Shown: in pieces, positions 57,911 through 64,000 of the stretch | How the letters are laid out: each line of letters starts with the position of its first letter | Numbering within the stretch: position 1 is the stretch's first letter | Assembly: GCF_028368995.1 (NCBI RefSeq) | Contig: NZ_JAQNDL010000004.1 | Location: forward strand, 256,001 to 320,000 | Origin: Nannocystis bainbridge | GTDB taxonomy: Bacteria > Myxococcota_A > Polyangia > Nannocystales > Nannocystaceae | Direction: 5' to 3' | DNA length: 64,000 nt | The notes under the pieces: generated by a model | Database searches by the model: none | Told to the model about the DNA's origin: nothing | What the model saw: only the letters and a program-made list of their open reading frames with translations | Program-made: the position numbers and the translations under genes

Positions 57911-58229
57911 GCGCTCGCGCAGCGAGGGGCGAGCAGGCCAGGCGAGCGTGGTCGCGGTGAGGTTGCGGCAGATCGGTGGCCGTGCGCCGACGACACCCGC
58001 TCTGCCGGATCTGCCACCGATGGGGCGGCCCGCGAGCCGGCCATAGGCGACGCGCCAGCCCGTGCATGGCCGACCTCGGCGCAGACACGCTGTGAGATGA
58101 TGAATGACCGAGACGACATGTCGATAGGGACATGTCCTCCGGGCTATGTCATCAGTGCATTCTCGTGCGTGAGGCGACGACGATCGCCTCGCATTGCGTG
58201 CGACCTGGCGGTCAGGCCCGGCGACGAAG

Positions 58230-58787
58230 TCAGGACGACGGGCCGAGGTCGGTGCGGCCGGTGATGAGGCCGGTCTTGCTGCCGTCGAGCAGGGCCAGCA
58301 ACTCGCGCTCGATGACGCCGCCCGCCACGCTCTCGACGATCCGGCCGACCTCGCGACCTTCGCGCGAGACGATGATGGTCGGGACGTAGCGCAGATCGAT
58401 CGCGGCCTTGTCGATCTGGGGGGCGGTCTTCTGGGTGTCGACGCCGATCTGCTTGAGCGTGAACGGCAGGGGGGCGCCGGCGGCGTCGAACGCCCGCCAC
58501 AGCCGCGGGACCTCGCGGCGCGAGTCGCCGCACCAGGTGCCGAAGATGATGGTGACCTCGGCTCCGGGCGGCACGCTGGCGAGCTTCGCCGCCGCCTCGC
58601 CGTCGATCTCGGCGTCGCTGATCCACCCGGGGACCTGCTTCTCGACGTCGGCGCGCTCGACCGGTCCGACGAGCACCGGTGGGGCCTGATCCTGGGCGGA
58701 GGAGGGCGGGGTCGTCGCGTCGGAGCGACAGGCCGAGGTGGCGAGCACGACGGCGACGGCGAGGGAACGAGGATGCACCACGGACAT
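58230..58787 (-). CDS. thioredoxin-fold lipoprotein (CxxS)
   Basis: TSAC lipobox; GTWCGDSRREVP; cis-Pro VPTII; GRIVE. Confidence 0.85.
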   Translation of the reverse strand: MSVVHPRSLAVAVVLATSACRSDATTPPSSAQDQAPPVLVGPVERADVEKQVPGWISDAEIDGEAAAKLASVPPGAEVTIIFGTWCGDSRREVPRLWRAFDAAGAPLPFTLKQIGVDTQKTAPQIDKAAIDLRYVPTIIVSREGREVGRIVESVAGGVIERELLALLDGSKTGLITGRTDLGPSS

Positions 58788-59060
58788 ATCCCGCGGACCG
58801 TAGCAGACTCGCGCGCGCGCGCCGAGACGCGACGCAGGGTCGCGGGTCGGCCGACGCGACGCGTCGTCGGGGGCCGGCCGGCGACGAACCGTGTGCCGTC
58901 GCTTCGAACGTCATTTCGCTGGTGTCGTCCGTCGCTACGGGGTCGCCGGGCATCGCCCCGGCATCGCGTGGATCCTCGCGTGGCGCACGGGAGGACCCGC
59001 GCGGTGTGGAGGTTCGTCGCGGAGATGTCGGGGGCGACGAGGCGTGTCGCGGAGATTGCC

Positions 59061-59400
59061 GGGAAGACGTCGGATGCTGCGCAAGTACTCGCGGTGCCGA
59101 GGCGCAGCCGCCTCGCGCATCGCTGCGTGGCACAAGCGCCAGGGAATTCGTTGCTGCCAGGTCTTCGCGTTGCCGACGCGTGCCGCGCAGACGGGAGGAA
59201 GACGGCAGGTGCTGCGAAGGTATCCGTTCCGCCGAGGCATTGCCGTCCGCGAGCATCGTCCCGCCATCGCGCCGCCGCGTCGCGTAGACGGTAGGGGAAA
59301 TGTCGGGTGCTCGCGTCGCCGCTGCGTGTCGCGCAGACGTGAGCCGGGTGCTGCGAGGGTGCTCGCGCTGCCGAGTGTCGGAGTCCGCGAGATCCGCCAG
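59061..59400. repeat. degenerate ~135-bp tandem repeat x3 in long intergenic region
   Basis: AGACG...TGCTGCG...GCCGAG anchors near 59065, 59200, 59335. Confidence 0.55.
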
Positions 59401-59527
59401 CGCCCGGACCCTCGCGTCGCCGAGGTGCGCCGCGTCGACCTCGCCGGCTGCGGGCCCGGCGAGGCTGACGACGACGCGGTAGCGCGACCTCGGCGACGCG
59501 ACGGCCATGGCGCGAGCCGGTCGCGGC

Positions 59528-59830
59528 TCAGGCGTGCAGCTTGGCCGCCAGCACATCGACCTGGTCGATGCGCGGCGGCTCGGCCAGCAGCTCGCCCGCG
59601 CGGGCCATCAGCGCCGCGGCGATCGAGCCCTCGAGGTGGGCGCGGCGGCCGGCGTCGTCGGCGAACGCGTCGAAGATGCCGAACTCTTGCGGGCCGAGGC
59701 GGATGGCGAACCACACAGCGGTGGCCTCCTCGCGCTGCGCCAGCGGCAGCGCGCCGGCGAGGAATCCGGCGACCTCCTCTTCCTTGCCAGGTTTTGCGAC
59801 GATACGAGCCAACAGTCCGACCTTCACCAT
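59528..59830 (-). CDS. antibiotic biosynthesis monooxygenase (ABM) family protein
   Basis: AKPGKEEEV, FGIFDAF..DAGRRAHL; GGAG RBS. Confidence 0.88.
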   Translation of the reverse strand: MVKVGLLARIVAKPGKEEEVAGFLAGALPLAQREEATAVWFAIRLGPQEFGIFDAFADDAGRRAHLEGSIAAALMARAGELLAEPPRIDQVDVLAAKLHA

Positions 59831-59934
59831 GTGCGTGCTCCTTTGTGCGTGACGCCCGGTCACGTTCGTCACCGTAGCGATCTGGCACGCAACGCGCTAT
59901 TGGCGGAACCGACAACGATGGTATCGTTTCCGCC

Positions 59935-60879
59935 ATGCAGGTCCAGGTGCTCGTCCTCGACGGGGTGTTCGACGCGGGGCTCGCTCTGGTGCTCGACACG
60001 CTCGACACCGCCAACGCGCTGGCGAGCGCGCCGGAGCAGCGGGCCCGCGTGGCGGTGGTCGGGGTGCGGCGACGGGTCCGGACGCACCTCGGCTTCGGGG
60101 TGCCGGTGGTGGAGCGGCCGCGGGCGCGGCCCGACGTCGTGATCGTGCCGGCGCTCGGGGCCAAGACGCCCGACGCGCTCGAGCGGGCGCTGGCGCGGCG
60201 CGACGTCGTCGACGCGACGGCGAGGCTGCAGGCCGCGGCCGCCGCGGGCACGCGGGTGACGGCGGCCTGCACCGCCACCTTCGTGCTCGGCGACGCCGGC
60301 CTGCTGGCGGGCCGCCGCGCGACCACGACCTGGTGGCTGGCGCCGTTCTTTCGCGCGCGCTTCCCCGCGGTCGCGCTGGACGACGCGCAGATGATCGTCG
60401 AGTCCGACAACATCGTCACCGCCGGCTCGGCCCTGGCGCACCTCGACCTCGCGCTGTGGCTGGTCCGCCGCCGCAGCCCGGCGCTCGCGCGCACGGTCGC
60501 CAATCACCTGCTCTACGACTCGCGCCCGTCGCAGGCGCCCTACGTGATGCCCGATCACCTGGCTCACGCCGATCCGCTGGTGGCCCGCTTCGAGGACTGG
60601 GCGCGCGGCCACCTGCGCGGCTTCACCATGGGCGCGGCGGCGCGGGCCGTCGGCGCGACCGAGCGCACGCTCGAGCGACGCGTGCGCGCGGTGCTCGGCA
60701 AGTCGCCGCTGTCGTTCGTGCAGGATCTGCGGGTGGCCCACGCGGTGCATTGCCTGCAGACGAGCGACGCGTCGCTCGACGCGATCGCTACCGAGGTCGG
60801 CTACAGCGAGGCGACGACGCTGCGCACGCTGCTGCGCCGTCGCACGGGCCGCGGGGTGCGAGAGCTGCGGCGGGCCTGA
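59935..60879 (+). CDS. GlxA-family AraC regulator (DJ-1/PfpI + HTH)
   Basis: ACTATFVL..AGLL.GRRATT; ERTLERR; IATEVGYSE; divergent from ABM gene. Confidence 0.92.
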   Translation: MQVQVLVLDGVFDAGLALVLDTLDTANALASAPEQRARVAVVGVRRRVRTHLGFGVPVVERPRARPDVVIVPALGAKTPDALERALARRDVVDATARLQAAAAAGTRVTAACTATFVLGDAGLLAGRRATTTWWLAPFFRARFPAVALDDAQMIVESDNIVTAGSALAHLDLALWLVRRRSPALARTVANHLLYDSRPSQAPYVMPDHLAHADPLVARFEDWARGHLRGFTMGAAARAVGATERTLERRVRAVLGKSPLSFVQDLRVAHAVHCLQTSDASLDAIATEVGYSEATTLRTLLRRRTGRGVRELRRA

Positions 60880-60980
60880 CAGCAGGCGCGGGGCGGCTCG
60901 CTCCGCGATCGTGGCGTGGGGGCTGCTTTCGTTCCGGGCGTGTCACGCGGCGATGCGGCGGGTCGTTCAATCGCTGCCGC

Positions 60981-61066
60981 TTCGACTCGCATCGGATCGA
61001 CAATGCGCCTCGCCGGGGCGGACGACGCGAATCGACGACCTCGATGCGGTCGCGGCGGATCGAGCC
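60981..61066. repeat. dispersed intergenic repeat shared with 11741-11818
   Basis: TTCGACTCGCATCGG and GCGGCGGATCGAGCC segments. Confidence 0.7.
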
Positions 61067-61138
61067 ATCGCGCAATTGCTGGGTCCGCCGATTCGATCGC
61101 GCAGCGCCGCGGCTCGTCGCCGCGACGCTCGCTCGTCG

Positions 61139-61855
61139 TCAGGGCACGTACTTCTCGCGCAGCGCCACGGCCTCCTGGCGCGCGGCCTGCAGCGGCGGGT
61201 CGTCGCAGAAGGTCGTCGTCGCGTCGTGCAGCGTGCCGCCGAGCTCGAGCTCCATCGTCTCGAAGACGTCGGACGGCGGGTTGCAAAGCGGCTCGGGGCT
61301 GTCGAGCACGGCGACGAGGGCAGGGTCGGTGAACACTTCGAGGGCCAGCGCGAAGTCCTCGGCGCTGATCTCGACCTCGGTCACCGGGTTGCCGAGGTCG
61401 CCGACCTTTTCGACCCGCAAGATCCGCGTCGAGAGCAGCTCCACGAAGCCGTCGCAGTCGGCTTCGGGGGGGCACAGGCCCGCGACCGAGCGCACGTTGA
61501 AGCGCTCGAACTCGCCGGGGTCGACGGTGGTGCCGGTGGTGTCGTCGGCGGTGGTGCCGGTGGTGTCGACGGCGGTGGTGCCGGTGGTCTCTTCGCCGGT
61601 GGTGGAGTGGCTGACCGCGCCGGTGGTGCCGTGGCTGTCGTCACCCGTGGTGGCGAGGGTCTCGCCGCCGTCGTCGCCGGTCTGACTCTCGCTGACCGAA
61701 GTGCTGGGGGTCGGATCGTCCGTGGTGGCCGCGCTGGTGGCGGTCGAGTCGCTGTCGCCGCCGAGGGTGTCGCCGATGTTCTTCGAGTCGGGCAAGCAGC
61801 CGGCGAGCAGCGTGGTGACGACGAGGCAAGGAGAGAGGAGGCGTGCGAAGTGCAT
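61139..61855 (-). CDS. lipoprotein with Thr-rich linker
   Basis: LAGC lipobox; TTG repeats; small Cys-paired C-domain. Confidence 0.82.
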   Translation of the reverse strand: MHFARLLSPCLVVTTLLAGCLPDSKNIGDTLGGDSDSTATSAATTDDPTPSTSVSESQTGDDGGETLATTGDDSHGTTGAVSHSTTGEETTGTTAVDTTGTTADDTTGTTVDPGEFERFNVRSVAGLCPPEADCDGFVELLSTRILRVEKVGDLGNPVTEVEISAEDFALALEVFTDPALVAVLDSPEPLCNPPSDVFETMELELGGTLHDATTTFCDDPPLQAARQEAVALREKYVP

Positions 61856-62031
61856 GCGCCTGAGTGCCCGGGTGCCGGGGCGGCCATCACGGGGGCGGCG
61901 AATTTTTTCGCAGGTGGGGTCGGGCACGGCGGTTCTCGTCGTGGCGTCGGCTCGTGCTCGCGCTCGGGGCCCCGGTCATGCGTCGGCGCAGGTTCGTGCG
62001 CGATGCGGAGCGGTCGAAGCGTGGGGACGCC

Positions 62032-63462
62032 TCATGGCGTCGGTTCGCGGTCGGGCGAGTTCGTGGCGGGGAGGGTGCAATCGAGGCGCACGCGGGCTGC
62101 GAGCGCGCTGTCCGGGTGCGCGTGCAGAAAGGCTTCGCCCTCGCGCTGACCCTCGCGCGTGCGGCCCGACCGGCACAGCGCGATCGCCCGCAGGCCGAGG
62201 CGCTCGCGCTGCAAGACGCCGGTCGGGAATTCGCGCTGGTGGCGTCGCAGCTCGGCGAGGGCCTCGTCGGTGCGGCCGGCCTCGATCGCGGCGCGCGCGG
62301 CGGTGATCCGCGCCGCTTCGCGGGCGAGGTCCTCTGCGGAGAGGGCGGCGGACGGCTGCGAGGGGGCATGCGCGCGGGTCGACGCGTGCGCGGGGTCGCG
62401 GGCATGCGCGGATGAATCACCCTCATCGAGATCGGCGGCGTCGCTCTGTCGGTGCACGTGCCGGGGCGCGACGGCGGGTGGAGCTTCGGGGGACGCTCCG
62501 GCGGCGCGCGCATCGGGGGGTGAAAGATCGGCGGGGGGAAGGGGCGCTTCGCTTTCGCCGGAATTCTTGCGAGAGGGAGCAGCGGGCGGTGCTTCGGCGC
62601 CGCGTGCATCGACATGAGAGGCAGTGGTGGCGTGGGTGTCGCCGCTATCCGAGCGCGAGTCGGGCCGCGCTGCGGCGTCGCCGGCTCTTGTGTGCGAGGG
62701 CGCCGAGCTGCGATCGGCAGCCTCCGCGGTGGTCGGAGCTGCGGGGCGGGCTGCGACGATCACCAGAGTACCGGCGACCGCCAGTCCCAGCGTCCAGGCG
62801 GCTGCAGAGTGGCCAGCCGCGGCGGCCCCCTGCGCGAGCGCGGCGCCGGGGGCAGCCGAGGCAGCGCCGAGGGCCAGCAGCAGCGCCGCCCACACGCGCG
62901 CCTGGGCGCCTCGCGGCGGGGCCTCGGGGGTCCTCGCGCTCCGCAGCGCGGTCGGGGCGACGGCGGCGAACGTGCGATCGAACTGCTCACGGACCAGCCG
63001 GATCCGCGAATACACGGTGTTGACATTCACGCCGAGGGTCTGTGCAATCTCGGTTGCCGACATTTCCTCGTAGAGATGGAGCACGAACACGGCGCGGCGG
63101 TCGTCGTCGAGGCCGTCGAGAAATTCGGCGAGCCGCCGCCGGGCCTCGCGGCGCGCCAGCTCGTCGTCGGTGTGCGCGGGCGCGTCGTCGGGGACGGCGG
63201 CCAGGCGCGCGTGCCGTCGCAGCCGCCGCGCCTCGGTCCGGCGGTGGCGCGCGGCGACCCGGCGGGCGACGCCGAAGATCCAGGTCTTGAGGCTCGAGCG
63301 GCCGGCGAACTCGGGCAGGCGGCGGTAGACGACGAGGAAGAGGTCCTGGACGGCGTCTTCCTGGGCCTCGGGCGGGACGCCGAGGCGGCGCAGGCTGGCC
63401 CAGGCGTACTCGAACTGGGCCTGGTAGAGCTCGGGGAACGAGGGCGAGTTCGGGCCGCTCAC
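62032..63462 (-). CDS. ECF sigma factor fused to TM/anti-sigma-like C-terminal extension
   Basis: GGAG-N4-GTG start; EDAVQDLFLVV, TWIFGVA, GVNVNTVYSRIR; then TM, Pro/Ala linker and FPTG.L..ER...ALC TPR-like domain with no stop in between. Confidence 0.85.
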   Translation of the reverse strand: MSGPNSPSFPELYQAQFEYAWASLRRLGVPPEAQEDAVQDLFLVVYRRLPEFAGRSSLKTWIFGVARRVAARHRRTEARRLRRHARLAAVPDDAPAHTDDELARREARRRLAEFLDGLDDDRRAVFVLHLYEEMSATEIAQTLGVNVNTVYSRIRLVREQFDRTFAAVAPTALRSARTPEAPPRGAQARVWAALLLALGAASAAPGAALAQGAAAAGHSAAAWTLGLAVAGTLVIVAARPAAPTTAEAADRSSAPSHTRAGDAAARPDSRSDSGDTHATTASHVDARGAEAPPAAPSRKNSGESEAPLPPADLSPPDARAAGASPEAPPAVAPRHVHRQSDAADLDEGDSSAHARDPAHASTRAHAPSQPSAALSAEDLAREAARITAARAAIEAGRTDEALAELRRHQREFPTGVLQRERLGLRAIALCRSGRTREGQREGEAFLHAHPDSALAARVRLDCTLPATNSPDREPTP

Positions 63463-63496
63463 GGTGCTCCTGGGTGCCCGGCTGCCAGCCCGCCCA

Positions 63497-64000
63497 TCAC
63501 GGGAATCGGGCTTCGATGCCGAGCATGGGCCGGAGCCCGACGGCCTCGGCGCGCGCGAGCTCGCCGAGGCCGGCGACGTGGAAGCCGGGGCGCCGCAGGG
63601 CGACCAGGACGTCGAGGGTGAAGCTGACGGCAATGACGCGAGAGGGCGCCCAGACGAGGCCCGGGCTGAGCTGGGCGGCGAGCCAGAGATCGCCGGCGGG
63701 CTGCGGGGCGGCGACGCCACGGGCGACGGCGCGCACGAAGCCGAGCTCGAGGCCGCCGCAGACCGGGAACTCCAGCCGGCGCCAGCGCGGGACGCCGCAG
63801 GCGCGCACGGCCCCGGCGGCGAGCAGAAGGCGGGCGCCGACGCCGGCCGGCTCGGGGTAGGCGAGGGCCCGCGCGGCATAGGTGCCGCCGAGCTCGACGC
63901 GCCACGGGCCGCGGAAGACGGCGAAGGCGAGGCCAGCGGCGGGCGCAAAGGCCGGGATGCCACCAATTTCGCCGCCGCCGGCGATCCGCACCGCCCCTCG
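63497..64000 (-). CDS. outer-membrane beta-barrel-like protein, C-terminal part (truncated by window)
   Basis: Amphipathic strands, PVCGGLELG, ends GIEARFP; directly upstream of ECF gene. Confidence 0.7.
   Translation of the reverse strand, partial: RGAVRIAGGGEIGGIPAFAPAAGLAFAVFRGPWRVELGGTYAARALAYPEPAGVGARLLLAAGAVRACGVPRWRRLEFPVCGGLELGFVRAVARGVAAPQPAGDLWLAAQLSPGLVWAPSRVIAVSFTLDVLVALRRPGFHVAGLGELARAEAVGLRPMLGIEARFP

Overview
Very GC-rich DNA whose gene content points to a myxobacterium, probably Nannocystaceae-like (inference from Thr-rich-linker lipoproteins, FG-GAP and CotH proteins, many Ser/Thr kinases and ECF sigma factors). It holds about 48 real CDSs; most long ORFs in the six-frame track are antisense or off-frame shadows. 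I found no rRNA, tRNA, CRISPR-cas, transposase or integrase. Recognisable content includes a persulfide dioxygenase-YeeE/YedE sulfur operon, a stand-alone PCP-reductase, a tgt + MnmC-like methyltransferase pair, a pseudokinase-AAA-GAF-histidine kinase, a carotenoid oxygenase, an S8 protease and many secreted lipoproteins. Five things stand out. (1) A dispersed family of GGACATGTCC-like units phased at exactly 14 bp recurs at about 20 loci, both intergenic and inside genes, and forms tandem cUUCGg terminators at one locus. (2) An operon encodes an ECF sigma, a Ser/Thr kinase fused through helical repeats to an ABC ATPase, and a polytopic membrane protein. (3) An EAD/Death-like-TM-LamG receptor-like protein. 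(4) An ECF sigma fused to a transmembrane anti-sigma-like tail. (5) Two translationally coupled micro-ORFs between the YeeE genes. All family calls come from motif reading by eye, not database searches.
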